A stretch of 64,000 bases of DNA from an uncultured virus (IMG/VR IMGVR_UViG_3300044732_000510) (taxonomy: Duplodnaviria > Heunggongvirae > Uroviricota > Caudoviricetes), in IMG/VR virus record IMGVR_UViG_3300044732_000510; one strand, written 5' to 3'. Positions 1 to 8,871 of the stretch are shown one piece after another (within the stretch, counting starts at the first letter, position 1; each line of letters opens with the position of its first letter). Below the pieces are notes generated by a model that saw nothing but the letters and a program-made list of their open reading frames with translations, ran no database searches and was not told where the DNA came from. Both the position numbers and the translations under genes were made by a program.

Positions 1-37
1 GTTTACTATAAGATATACTAATTTTATCTTTAAGACT

Positions 38-253
38 TTGTTTCCAAATAGCCCTCTAACTGACTCATTACTAGCATGTACTGAGTTTGATGAGAAGTTT
101 AAAAATACTTTAACTTTTAAAGATTTAAACATCTCAAAAGAGGATATTATCAGTATCTTTATCACTGAAGGTATCTTACCTAAAAACTTTTTAAGTTTAG
201 ATAAGAATCCAAATAAATTACCAAGATTAAAGCATGAAGTTAAAAGTATGTGA
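38..253 (+). CDS. hypothetical protein (start uncertain)
   Basis: 71-aa ORF with a TTG start, overlapping the start of the next gene; no motifs recognised. Confidence 0.4.
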   Translation: MFPNSPLTDSLLACTEFDEKFKNTLTFKDLNISKEDIISIFITEGILPKNFLSLDKNPNKLPRLKHEVKSM

Positions 254-638
254 TGGGTGTGGAAAAGAAAAACCCATCTGGAAAAGTAGTGGAACCGGGG
301 GACTAAAATTATGCAAACAATGCTGGAGTTGCCACAAAAGCGGAGAAAATACACAGAAACCAACAAGTTCTGAAATCCCCCGTGTCTCCGCTAAAAGGGC
401 AAAGAAAGATGCTGAGTATAGCAAACTAAGACAGAGATATCTTACAGAGAATCCTCTATGTATGATCAAAGTTAAAGGCTGTACTCACTTTGCTACAGAT
501 GTGCACCACACTTTTAATGGAGCTAACAGAGATGCATTTTATTTAGTTCAAAGTACATTTTTAGCTGTGTGTCGTAACTGCCATTCTTGGGTGCATTTGA
601 ACCCAGAAAAGGCAAGAATACTAGGATATTTAAAATAG
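234..638 (+). CDS. HNH endonuclease-family protein with N-terminal CxxC zinc ribbon
   Basis: CDGC/CKQC pairs, then C..C, DVHH and AVCRNCHSWVH, typical of His-Me finger nucleases. Confidence 0.75.
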   Translation: MKLKVCDGCGKEKPIWKSSGTGGLKLCKQCWSCHKSGENTQKPTSSEIPRVSAKRAKKDAEYSKLRQRYLTENPLCMIKVKGCTHFATDVHHTFNGANRDAFYLVQSTFLAVCRNCHSWVHLNPEKARILGYLK

Positions 639-670
639 TTTGCTATTATGTAATAATTGTCATATATTTG
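639..670 (+). promoter_or_regulatory. Bacteroidota sigma-A type promoter upstream of the GIY-YIG gene
   Basis: TTTG (639-642), 20-nt spacer, TATATTTG (663-670): exact match to the -33/-7 consensus TTTG-N19-21-TAnnTTTG; ATG at 683. Confidence 0.75.
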
Positions 671-682
671 TAAAAAAATGTT

Positions 683-1441
683 ATGAGAAGTTATTATGTA
701 TATATCCATGTTAGAACTGATATAAATGAAGTTTTTTATGTTGGAATGTCTTTAATTAGTAAAGAGGGATTAATTTATTCAAGAGCATATAGATCTGCTT
801 TTGAAAAAAGAAAAACAGCTTGGCATAATTATGCAAGAATATGTCCATATAATGTTAAGATTGTAAAAGATAAACTTACTAAAGAAGAAGCTTTTAAATT
901 AGAAATGAAGCTTATTAAAAAGTATGGTAGAAAAGATCTTAATACTGGAACTTTAATAAATCAGTGTGATGGAGGTGCAGGATTAAAGAATCCAGGTCCC
1001 CAGTTGAAAAAAAAGATACAACATTCCAAAAAGCATTTATCCCATGTTTATAAACAAGCTCAAAAACCATACAGTATTTCAGTAACTGCATATGATAAAG
1101 ACGGAAACTTTGTTAAAACATATAGTAGTATAAATGATGCATGTAAAGATGTAGATTGTTTACATGCTGATATTACAAGAGCTATTAATGGTAGGAGACA
1201 CTTAATTGCAGGTTTTCAATGGAGAAAATATGAAATTAAAGTTGGTATAGGTAAAGTACCTGAAAAGAAAAAAGCTAATAAACAAGTAGCTCAATATTCA
1301 CATGAATCTTCTACTCCGTTGAGAATTTGGGAAAGTGCTTCTGAAGCAGCTAGAGAATTAAATATATCTAGAACAGGTATTAACAACTGTTTAAGACAAA
1401 AGAGCTATACAAGTGCTGGGTATATTTGGAAATTTATTTAA
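683..1441 (+). CDS. free-standing GIY-YIG homing endonuclease with two NUMOD1/HTH repeats
   Basis: YYVYIH...FYVG, EAFKLE..LIKKYGR, LINQCDGG; C-terminal repeats YDKDGNFVKTYSSINDAC..GFQWR and WESASEAARELNI..AGYIWKF. Confidence 0.85.
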   Translation: MRSYYVYIHVRTDINEVFYVGMSLISKEGLIYSRAYRSAFEKRKTAWHNYARICPYNVKIVKDKLTKEEAFKLEMKLIKKYGRKDLNTGTLINQCDGGAGLKNPGPQLKKKIQHSKKHLSHVYKQAQKPYSISVTAYDKDGNFVKTYSSINDACKDVDCLHADITRAINGRRHLIAGFQWRKYEIKVGIGKVPEKKKANKQVAQYSHESSTPLRIWESASEAARELNISRTGINNCLRQKSYTSAGYIWKFI

Positions 1442-1460
1442 CCTTTAACAAATAATAAAA

Positions 1461-1874
1461 ATGACAAAAGAATTTGTACCGTATGAATTAGCTTCAAGAA
1501 TGAAGAAAATTGGATTTGATGAAGAATGTATTGCATATTACCAAAAATCAGCTGTAATTGGAAATGATAATATACTACCTATTAGTTTTACAAACATGGC
1601 ATCTGATTTTAATGATTATGAATATTCAAAATTAGGTGTACCATTTTACTCAGCACCAACTTGGCAACAAGCATTTAGATGGTTTAGAGAGAAGTATAAA
1701 ATACATCACAGGGTAGATATTCAAGACCTTTCCGAAAATCTTTACGATTATGAAATTCTTGAAGTTTTAGATGGATTTAATGATACCTACACAGGCTCAT
1801 CATTTAAAAGCTATGAAGAAGCACAAACAGCCTGTCTAGCTAATTTAATTGAAATTGTAGAACAAAAAAAATGA
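1461..1874 (+). CDS. hypothetical phage protein
   Basis: 137-aa ORF with A-rich leader; EFVPYELA..GFDEEC..SAPTWQQAFRWFREKY pattern of phage accessory proteins. Confidence 0.7.
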   Translation: MTKEFVPYELASRMKKIGFDEECIAYYQKSAVIGNDNILPISFTNMASDFNDYEYSKLGVPFYSAPTWQQAFRWFREKYKIHHRVDIQDLSENLYDYEILEVLDGFNDTYTGSSFKSYEEAQTACLANLIEIVEQKK

Positions 1875-1903
1875 GAATAGAATGAGATAAATAGTAGTAA
1901 AGT

Positions 1904-1945
1904 GCTAATCCAGCAGATGCTAGGACCATGGGATGGTTAAAATGA
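1904..1945 (+). pseudogene. orphaned original 3' end of the HNH gene
   Basis: Translates ANPADARTMGWLK-stop, which aligns with LNPEKARILGYLK-stop at the end of 234..638. Confidence 0.7.
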
Positions 1946-1968
1946 TTTTATTAATGATTTAAAAATTT

Positions 1969-2718
1969 ATGATTATGAAAAAAGGATTTATTCAAATAGC
2001 TACAACAACAGATTATACATTGTTTAACTATTTACCAATGAACAGAATTATTGATGCAAAACAAGTAGAAGCATTAGTACAGAGTCTCCGCAAGATTGGT
2101 GTAAGAAGATCAGTAATGTGTATTAAAACAGATCTTATTGATGGTGAGTTAAAAACTTATATTATTGATGGTCAGCATTTGTTACATGCATGTCAAAGGG
2201 AAGGCGTTCCAGTTAGATATGAATATGTTGAGGTAACTGATCTTGATGATATAGTACATACTATGGCATTTTACAATAACTCTTCCAAGTCTTGGAAGCT
2301 TATGGATTATGTAAATGCTTGGTTATATATTCACCCTGATTACCTTACACTGAAAAAGTTTAAGAACTTGTATAACTTGGAACCACTAATGATTGCAGGT
2401 ATTTGTAATAATTCAGATTCTTACAATGGTGTATCTGCTGCAAGTGATTTAATTAAAACTGGTAACTTTAGAGTTACAAATCCAAAAGCTCAAGCAATGT
2501 GTAAAGACTTTAGTGATTTGTTTATTAAGATTGGTAAAGCTGATAGATGGGTTAAGCATAACTTTTTGAGAGTATTTATACAGGCTTATGGTGGTAAGAA
2601 TTATGATCATAAAGCAACTTTGTTGAATATTGATGCTAATATTGCTACTATTAAAGCTATGACAGATGTATCTGAGGCTAATCAATTTATCCAAAGAAAT
2701 GTATTTAATTTAATTTAG
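1969..2718 (+). CDS. ParB/Srx-like N-terminal domain protein
   Basis: NRIID...YIIDGQHLLHAC resembles the ParB-like IIDGQHR motif. Confidence 0.65.
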   Translation: MIMKKGFIQIATTTDYTLFNYLPMNRIIDAKQVEALVQSLRKIGVRRSVMCIKTDLIDGELKTYIIDGQHLLHACQREGVPVRYEYVEVTDLDDIVHTMAFYNNSSKSWKLMDYVNAWLYIHPDYLTLKKFKNLYNLEPLMIAGICNNSDSYNGVSAASDLIKTGNFRVTNPKAQAMCKDFSDLFIKIGKADRWVKHNFLRVFIQAYGGKNYDHKATLLNIDANIATIKAMTDVSEANQFIQRNVFNLI

Positions 2719-2725
2719 AATAAAT

Positions 2726-3277
2726 ATGAAAGGGAAACTAATTTTAAAACATAGAGGAGATTATGACTACTTTCTTCTTTCAAGAACTAAAAATTCAGAA
2801 GCTGTTCAAGCCTCTTTAATTCCTGATGATGAATTTGAACAAAAACTATCCAAACAAAACTGTGATGAGATATTTGGAGTAGTTGATGTTGAGAAGTTGG
2901 CTGAGGATCATCCGTTAGAGGTATCAAATGCTAGTCATGGTTTTGGAATTAAAGATGGAATAGTTTACGGCTTCAACAAAGCACTGGAGTTGAATAAAGA
3001 CAAGGTGTTTACTTTGAAGGATGTTAAACAAGCTATATTTAATTTTGCAAATTATGACAGAAAAACTATTTCAGAATTAGACAGAATGGATATGGCTATC
3101 ACATCTATCCAACAACCAACAGAAATTGAAGTTGAGATTGAGATGGAAAAAGTAGTTGATAAAACTAAAGTTATTGGTGCAGTAAAAGGGGTTAAGGGTA
3201 GTGGAGATAAAATTACAACCTATAAATCAGTACCAAAACTTGATGAGAATGGGTGTTTAATACTTAAAAAAATATGA
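2726..3277 (+). CDS. hypothetical phage protein
   Basis: 183-aa ORF coupled to the helicase start by an ATGA overlap. Confidence 0.7.
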   Translation: MKGKLILKHRGDYDYFLLSRTKNSEAVQASLIPDDEFEQKLSKQNCDEIFGVVDVEKLAEDHPLEVSNASHGFGIKDGIVYGFNKALELNKDKVFTLKDVKQAIFNFANYDRKTISELDRMDMAITSIQQPTEIEVEIEMEKVVDKTKVIGAVKGVKGSGDKITTYKSVPKLDENGCLILKKI

Positions 3278-4368
3278 ATAGGCAAGAAGTCCAAGAAGAA
3301 GCAATCAAAGCTACTGAAGGTAAGTTGCGCAGTTCTGTATGTTTGGGCACAGGGGTCGGGAAGACCCTTGTTGGCCTGACACACATGGAACTCAATACTA
3401 CTCCACTAATGAGATGTCTTGTAGTAGCACCAAAGAAGGCAATCTTCCAGTCCTGGAAAGATGATGCTGTGAAATTTGGTAAAGAAAATTTATTAGGTAG
3501 AATGACATTCACTACTTACTTAAGTCTGAACAAACACAATCCTAATGATTATGATGCTGTCTATTTGGATGAGATGCATAGTCTACTGGATAGCCACCGG
3601 GGATTTCTCCAGTTATACAAAGGTAAAATCCTTGGTCTAACTGGTACTCCACCTAAGCGTGATTATTCAGAGAAGGGTAAGTTAGTTAATGAGTTCTGTC
3701 CTGTAGTATATACATTCAAAGCAGATGATGCTGTAGAGAATGGAATACTAAATGACTACCAGATAGTAGTGCATCAGTTACAGCTGACACATAACAAAGT
3801 GTTTCCGGTCAAAACTGGCAACAAACAGTATATGGCATCTGAGATTGATAACTACACTTACTGGTCTAGAAGGATTGATGTAGGTTCCGGTAACATGCAT
3901 ATGCTCAGAGTGATGAGAATGAAAGCTATGATGGAGTATCCAAGTAAAGAACTATATACTAAAAAGCTAATGGAAAGTATCCAGACTAAGTGTATAATAT
4001 TTGCTAATACTCAAGCTCAGGCTGACAGATTGTGTAATTACAGCTATCACAGCGGTAATAAGGAGTCTGAGGATAATTTACTTATGTTCAAGGAAGGGAA
4101 AATAGACAAGCTCTCTACTGTACTGCAGTTGAATGAGGGTGTCAATATTCCTAATCTTAAACAGGGTATTATTATGCATGCATACGGTAATGAAAGGAAA
4201 GCTGCACAGAGAATTGGTAGGTTACTCCGGTTAAATCCAGATGATAAAGCTATTGTCCACATACTATGTTATATGGATTCAATAGATGAAAAATGGGTTA
4301 AAGAAGCCTTGGAAAACTTTGACCAAACTAAAATTATTTGGAAAGATTTTAATATTTCACTATATTAG
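3274..4368 (+). CDS. superfamily 2 (DExH) DNA helicase
   Basis: Walker A GTGVGKT, Walker B DEMH, motif III TGT, motif V LNEGVNIP, motif VI QRIGRLLR. Confidence 0.9.
   Translation: MNRQEVQEEAIKATEGKLRSSVCLGTGVGKTLVGLTHMELNTTPLMRCLVVAPKKAIFQSWKDDAVKFGKENLLGRMTFTTYLSLNKHNPNDYDAVYLDEMHSLLDSHRGFLQLYKGKILGLTGTPPKRDYSEKGKLVNEFCPVVYTFKADDAVENGILNDYQIVVHQLQLTHNKVFPVKTGNKQYMASEIDNYTYWSRRIDVGSGNMHMLRVMRMKAMMEYPSKELYTKKLMESIQTKCIIFANTQAQADRLCNYSYHSGNKESEDNLLMFKEGKIDKLSTVLQLNEGVNIPNLKQGIIMHAYGNERKAAQRIGRLLRLNPDDKAIVHILCYMDSIDEKWVKEALENFDQTKIIWKDFNISLY
4337..4368 (+). promoter_or_regulatory. probable Bacteroidota-type promoter for clpS
   Basis: TTTG (4337-4340), 20 nt, TATATTAG (4361-4368; one mismatch), 4 nt before ATG 4373. 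Confidence 0.5.
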
Positions 4369-4372
4369 TAAT

Positions 4373-4630
4373 ATGGAAGAGTCAAGAACACACAAGCTAG
4401 TTATATATAATGATGACCTCAATTCATATGATTATATAATGGCATGCTTGATCAGATTTTGTGATCATGAAAGATTACAAGCTGAGCAGTGTGCTGTTGT
4501 TGCTCATAATACGGGTAGGTGTACAGTAAAAAGTGGTGATTATATGGAAATGTTCCAAATTAAAGCTAACTTTGATGACCTAGATATAAAATCAGAAATT
4601 AAAGATTATGTTCAAAGTAATATGCATTGA
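4373..4630 (+). CDS. clpS: ATP-dependent Clp protease adaptor ClpS
   Basis: KLVIYNDDLNSYDYIMACL...QAEQCAVVAHNTGRCTVKSG retains the ClpS NDD and His N-degron pocket residues; ATG 4373 preferred over 4286. Confidence 0.85.
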   Translation: MEESRTHKLVIYNDDLNSYDYIMACLIRFCDHERLQAEQCAVVAHNTGRCTVKSGDYMEMFQIKANFDDLDIKSEIKDYVQSNMH

Positions 4631-4886
4631 TAGTAGTAATAAACCAAAGAGAATCTCACCCTATGAATGGATAACTGAAGGTACTGTTTATACAGTAACA
4701 GAGATTTCTAAAATGGGTTTGCAAGCAAGTAAATTTGGCTATAAACTAAAAGAAGTACAGTTATCTGAGCAATCCTTTCCTTATGAGTATTACAATGCAG
4801 AAAGGTTTCTTCCAGTTGAACTTTTAGCAAAAGCACTAAAAGAAGAAAAGGTAGAGGAAATCTCTGCAGATCTAGAATTAATTTAA
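4608..4886 (+). CDS. hypothetical protein
   Basis: 92-aa ORF in operon context. Confidence 0.7.
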   Translation: MFKVICIDSSNKPKRISPYEWITEGTVYTVTEISKMGLQASKFGYKLKEVQLSEQSFPYEYYNAERFLPVELLAKALKEEKVEEISADLELI

Positions 4887-4888
4887 AT

Positions 4889-5326
4889 ATGGATGGTTAT
4901 ACAAAAGATGATGCTATACAAGCATTAAAAAATGTATTTCATGAGCCCCGTACTAGAGTATTTGTTGATCAAAGAAGTTATTTAATTGGTATTCTTGCAT
5001 ATAGATTTATGATGACTGAACATCAAATTGCTACTGCAGTTGGAATTAAAAGAGATATGGTTAACTATAACAAAAGATTGGCCATACAATTTCAAAATGA
5101 TAAAGCTTATAACAAGAATGTCTATGTATATGCTCAGATGTTCCCATTTGATTTTAATTCAGTAGAAAAATATGTAAGAACAGGAAGAGCTGTTAGAGTA
5201 GAACTAGACTTAGAAAGGAAGTTCTACAATAAGTTAAAAGCAGCTGGATCAATTCTTGGTCATAAGGACATAAGGACAACAATTAAATTATTCTTAGAAA
5301 AAAGTTTAAAGTTATGGGAAGAATGA
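4889..5326 (+). CDS. putative DNA-binding protein (DnaA domain IV-like HTH)
   Basis: RTRVFVDQRSYLIGIL...TEHQIATAVGIKRDMVNY resembles a DnaA-C/TrpR-like HTH. Confidence 0.5.
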   Translation: MDGYTKDDAIQALKNVFHEPRTRVFVDQRSYLIGILAYRFMMTEHQIATAVGIKRDMVNYNKRLAIQFQNDKAYNKNVYVYAQMFPFDFNSVEKYVRTGRAVRVELDLERKFYNKLKAAGSILGHKDIRTTIKLFLEKSLKLWEE

Positions 5327-5574
5327 AAGAAGTATGTATACAAATTATGGAAGAAAATGGAGGAATACCACCCGGTATGACACTTGGAGATGTAGTTAGA
5401 ATGAAAGAGTTAGAAATTTATAACTGGCAAGAATATGAAAGAAAGAAGGATAGAATTAGATTACAATCTGCTGAACAAGAAAATTCAGGAGAGATTAGAA
5501 AAGTACAACAAGCAAACAAAAAATTCTCCAGCCACTACGGTGAAGCAAGAGAAGAAAAAAACAGTGAACAATGA
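5314..5574 (+). CDS. hypothetical protein
   Basis: 86-aa ORF overlapping both neighbours. Confidence 0.65.
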   Translation: MGRMKEVCIQIMEENGGIPPGMTLGDVVRMKELEIYNWQEYERKKDRIRLQSAEQENSGEIRKVQQANKKFSSHYGEAREEKNSEQ

Positions 5575-6032
5575 AGAAGGTGATTAATTTATTAGGAGCA
5601 ATACTAATTACAGGAAGTGTTAGTGCTCAATGGACTTATGAGAAAATAAATAATGGTTTTGATGAGCCATACAATGTTGCATACACAGAAACGGATAATG
5701 GTGCCTTTCTGAAACTAGAAAATATTGACACTTCTGTTGTATTTTTTATTAAAGGTGGTTATTATTGTGATGATAATCCTAAAGTAGACATAGTATTTGT
5801 TGTAAATGGGGTTGATAAGAAGTATAGCTTTACTGGTCAGAAATCTACAAAGAATAATGTAGTATTTTTTACATGGACTTTGGACAAGCTACCTAACTTA
5901 CTTGCATACTTTAAGGATGCTTCCTCAATAAAAATTAGGATAAATGAGAGTTACTGCACAACAGAAATTTATAACTTTAATATGAGTGGTAGTAAAGCTG
6001 CATATGAATTTATAAAAAACAATAACAAATGA
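5571..6032 (+). CDS. secreted/periplasmic protein
   Basis: Sec signal MKKVINLLGAILITGSVSA followed by Q. Confidence 0.7.
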   Translation: MKKVINLLGAILITGSVSAQWTYEKINNGFDEPYNVAYTETDNGAFLKLENIDTSVVFFIKGGYYCDDNPKVDIVFVVNGVDKKYSFTGQKSTKNNVVFFTWTLDKLPNLLAYFKDASSIKIRINESYCTTEIYNFNMSGSKAAYEFIKNNNK

Positions 6033-6451
6033 AAAGAGTAATTTTAATATGTATACTGACTGTTTTTGCACTCAATGCAAATAGTCAGGTTGTTGTGCGT
6101 AAGAGCACAGTAAAAGATAGTTTAGTCTGGATTCCCCTGTTATCAGGTACACCTGAGCTGCGTAACTACTATACAGAAACAACAAATGATTATACACTTT
6201 TTTTTAGAAATGAAGATTATAAAGTATTAGTAGACTACCAACATATCTCTCTTGGTGAAAAGGAGGATGCCTTGAAATTTTTTAATGCTTTACAAAGTGT
6301 TTTTAATACAGGGGATGACATGTTTATAGAAGTTGATAAAAAGACATGGATGGTTTCAAAGCTTGTATTCTCTATTCATCTAAGAACAGATGGTATAAGT
6401 TTCCTACTAACTCCAAAGCAAGTGAGTGCAATTATCAAAAAGCTCAGCTAA
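6029..6451 (+). CDS. secreted/periplasmic protein
   Basis: Sec signal MKRVILICILTVFALNANS followed by Q. Confidence 0.7.
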   Translation: MKRVILICILTVFALNANSQVVVRKSTVKDSLVWIPLLSGTPELRNYYTETTNDYTLFFRNEDYKVLVDYQHISLGEKEDALKFFNALQSVFNTGDDMFIEVDKKTWMVSKLVFSIHLRTDGISFLLTPKQVSAIIKKLS

Positions 6452-6452
6452 T

Positions 6453-6980
6453 TTGAAACACTTTCTAAAATATCTAGTGGTATGGATAAGCCAAAACTTA
6501 TCTGTACCATTCTGGATGGTTGGTCATGTACATTTGATGTCCACTATATATGAGGACATTCATGAAATAATAGCATCTTGTGGTATGAATATACTAGTTG
6601 CTATTGGTTTTATTATTGATTATTTAGAACAAAAAAAACAAGTAAAAATGGCAGTTAACAATAAAGTAAAAAATTCAGGAAGGCCTAAGAAGGTTAAGAA
6701 TGATGATTTTGTAATGATGAAAAGTGATTTGGAACTTAACTTAGAAAAAGCACAGGCAGGGCTTAAAGTTAAGGATGAGGTTATTGCAGACTTAGAAACT
6801 AAGTTAGATGAAGCTTACAAGGATCAAGAGGATATGTTTAAAGAATTGGAAAAATGTATTTATCTTACTATTCATCACTGTAGTGAAGTAGAATCTAATA
6901 CAGGAAAACTTACATTACATGATGTAGATTACTGTGTGGATCTAATCAAAAGAACTATAAAATATAAATTTAATAATTAA
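6453..6980 (+). CDS. membrane plus coiled-coil protein (possibly two in-frame genes; internal ATG at 6648)
   Basis: In-frame TTG at 6453 just after the upstream stop; hydrophobic N-terminal part, charged coiled-coil C-terminal part. Confidence 0.55.
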   Translation: MKHFLKYLVVWISQNLSVPFWMVGHVHLMSTIYEDIHEIIASCGMNILVAIGFIIDYLEQKKQVKMAVNNKVKNSGRPKKVKNDDFVMMKSDLELNLEKAQAGLKVKDEVIADLETKLDEAYKDQEDMFKELEKCIYLTIHHCSEVESNTGKLTLHDVDYCVDLIKRTIKYKFNN

Positions 6981-6992
6981 AAGCTATTAATT

Positions 6993-7394
6993 ATGAAAGA
7001 TGTGTTATTAGCACTTATGATAGGTGCAGCCTTTATGTATGAAATGTGGGTGTTTGTTAAAACAAGAGCATTTATAACAGCTCTGTATATATTACCAAAG
7101 GATAAAGATGATAAAGAATCAATAAGATTGGTAACTGGTTGTTTTTCAACAATCTATCTTGTATGGTTAATCTTAGGAATGGCAATTAGTGGGCTATGGT
7201 ATGCATACTTAGCTATTTTTGTATTGTCTCTTTTACAAGCTCCTGTGGCCAAATATTTTAAGAAAAATAAGCACTGGGAAAGTTTGATACTATTTAAGAA
7301 GATAGATGGTATAATATCTATGACTATTCTTGTATGGTTATTTGTAGCTCATTTTCATCCTGAATTACTAGGATCTTGGAAAATTAATTTTTAA
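6993..7394 (+). CDS. integral membrane protein
   Basis: About four hydrophobic segments. Confidence 0.7.
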   Translation: MKDVLLALMIGAAFMYEMWVFVKTRAFITALYILPKDKDDKESIRLVTGCFSTIYLVWLILGMAISGLWYAYLAIFVLSLLQAPVAKYFKKNKHWESLILFKKIDGIISMTILVWLFVAHFHPELLGSWKINF

Positions 7395-7403
7395 AAAAGT
7401 AAT

Positions 7404-8051
7404 ATGAAAAATTTACATTTATTACCAACAGAAAAACCAAGTAGATTACATATAACAGGTAAATTAATGTTATATCCTAATGGATTGATGCCTAAATCTC
7501 AAGGACTATGTAAGAACCAACACATCTACATCACTTCTGATGAATTTATTGAAGAAGGAGATTTTGGTTTAAATCTTTCTACAAAAAATATAGTACAGTA
7601 TGATGGTATTAAGGGTTTAGATTCATACTATAAAAAAATCATCCTAACAACAGACCAAGACCTAATTACAGATGGTGTACAAGCTATTGATGATGAATTT
7701 TTAGAATGGTTTATTAAGAATCCAAGTTGTGAGAGTGTTGTGGTTAACTTTAATTATAAAAAGTTTAGGTGGAGTGAACTAAATAAATCACAATGCTACA
7801 AAATCATCATTCCACAAGAAGAACCTAAACAAGAAACACTTGAAGAAGCTGCTGCTAATCTTGCAGACCCTAATTTATGCAAAACAGATAATTGGATAGC
7901 AGGTGCTAAATGGCAAGCTGAAAGAATGTATAGTGAGGAAGAAGTTAGAAAAATAGCTGAAGAAGTTAGATGGCAAGTTCCAGCTACGGGTAATCCAAGG
8001 GAATTTACAAAAAACTTTGACAAATGGTTTGAACAATTTAAAAAGAAGTAA
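7404..8051 (+). CDS. hypothetical phage protein
   Basis: 215-aa ORF with A-rich leader. Confidence 0.7.
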   Translation: MKNLHLLPTEKPSRLHITGKLMLYPNGLMPKSQGLCKNQHIYITSDEFIEEGDFGLNLSTKNIVQYDGIKGLDSYYKKIILTTDQDLITDGVQAIDDEFLEWFIKNPSCESVVVNFNYKKFRWSELNKSQCYKIIIPQEEPKQETLEEAAANLADPNLCKTDNWIAGAKWQAERMYSEEEVRKIAEEVRWQVPATGNPREFTKNFDKWFEQFKKK

Positions 8052-8072
8052 TAACCTTTAAATCAGAATAGA

Positions 8073-8432
8073 ATGAAAGCAAGTGAATTGAGAATAGGTA
8101 ATAAATTTTATTTACCAAATGGAGAAATTGGCACTATTTCTTATCATGAAATAAGATTGTTGATAGTAGCAATGGAAAAACCAAACTATAATCCAATTCC
8201 ACTAACAGAAGAATGGTTGATAAAATTTGGGTTTGAGAAGTCAAAAGTAAGTAGCCAATTTGACAAAGAAAAATTAACAATACAAGTATCAAATGAATTA
8301 GAGCGTCATAAAAAAGGTAGAGTTTATTTTAATTCTTGGGCTATTTTAGAGGAATCTATTAAATATGTTCACCAACTACAAAACTTATACTTTGCACTGA
8401 CAGGAGAAGAATTAACCTTTAAATCAGAATAG
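8073..8432 (+). CDS. hypothetical phage protein
   Basis: MKASELRIGN..PIPLTEEWL..YVHQLQNLYFALTGEEL, a recurring Bacteroidota phage pattern. Confidence 0.75.
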   Translation: MKASELRIGNKFYLPNGEIGTISYHEIRLLIVAMEKPNYNPIPLTEEWLIKFGFEKSKVSSQFDKEKLTIQVSNELERHKKGRVYFNSWAILEESIKYVHQLQNLYFALTGEELTFKSE

Positions 8433-8433
8433 A

Positions 8434-8655
8434 ATGAAAGTAATAATTGAATTTACAGATGAAGATGCTGCATCTGATGCTCAGGTAGCATTAGATGGGT
8501 GGAAGTATAGAGCTGCTATATGGGAAATAGATCAATATCTTAGAAATCAAGTTAAGTATAATGAGAAACTTCCTTCTGAAGTAGGAGAGGCTTATGAAAA
8601 TTTAAGAGATAAGATCCGGGAGATTTTATCTGATAGCAACCTAACAATGGAATAA
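8434..8655 (+). CDS. hypothetical protein
   Basis: 73-aa ORF starting inside the junction repeat. Confidence 0.7.
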   Translation: MKVIIEFTDEDAASDAQVALDGWKYRAAIWEIDQYLRNQVKYNEKLPSEVGEAYENLRDKIREILSDSNLTME

Positions 8656-8656
8656 G

Positions 8657-8869
8657 ATGCAACAGAGTGCAGTTAAATGGTTAGAAGACCAGATTAAATC
8701 TAAACATTGGAAGGAAATGTTCATTTGGCAAAAAGAAGAAGTATTTAAAAAAGCCAATAAAATGTTTGAAGAGCAGGTAATGGATGCTTATAATCAAGGG
8801 AGCAATGATTATGGTTCTCAATGTTATCAACCAGAACAATACTACAATGAAACCTTTAAATCAGAATAG
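8657..8869 (+). CDS. hypothetical protein
   Basis: 70-aa ORF ending TFKSE, like 8073..8432. Confidence 0.7.
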   Translation: MQQSAVKWLEDQIKSKHWKEMFIWQKEEVFKKANKMFEEQVMDAYNQGSNDYGSQCYQPEQYYNETFKSE

Positions 8870-8871
8870 TC

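Larger units (their letters stand above)
8052..8869 (+). repeat. gene-junction direct repeat TAACCTTTAAATCAGAATAGAATGAAAG
   Basis: Identical 28-mers at 8052-8079 and 8413-8440; 19-bp core AACCTTTAAATCAGAATAG at 8851-8869. Confidence 0.9.

Noticed and set aside
4286..4372. Extended ClpS N-terminus from ATG 4286
   Set aside because: Overlaps the helicase by 83 bp; the predicted promoter and ATG 4373 give a better start
8052..8869. CRISPR array
   Set aside because: Only three copies, spaced 361-438 bp apart by whole genes; no spacer-sized periodicity
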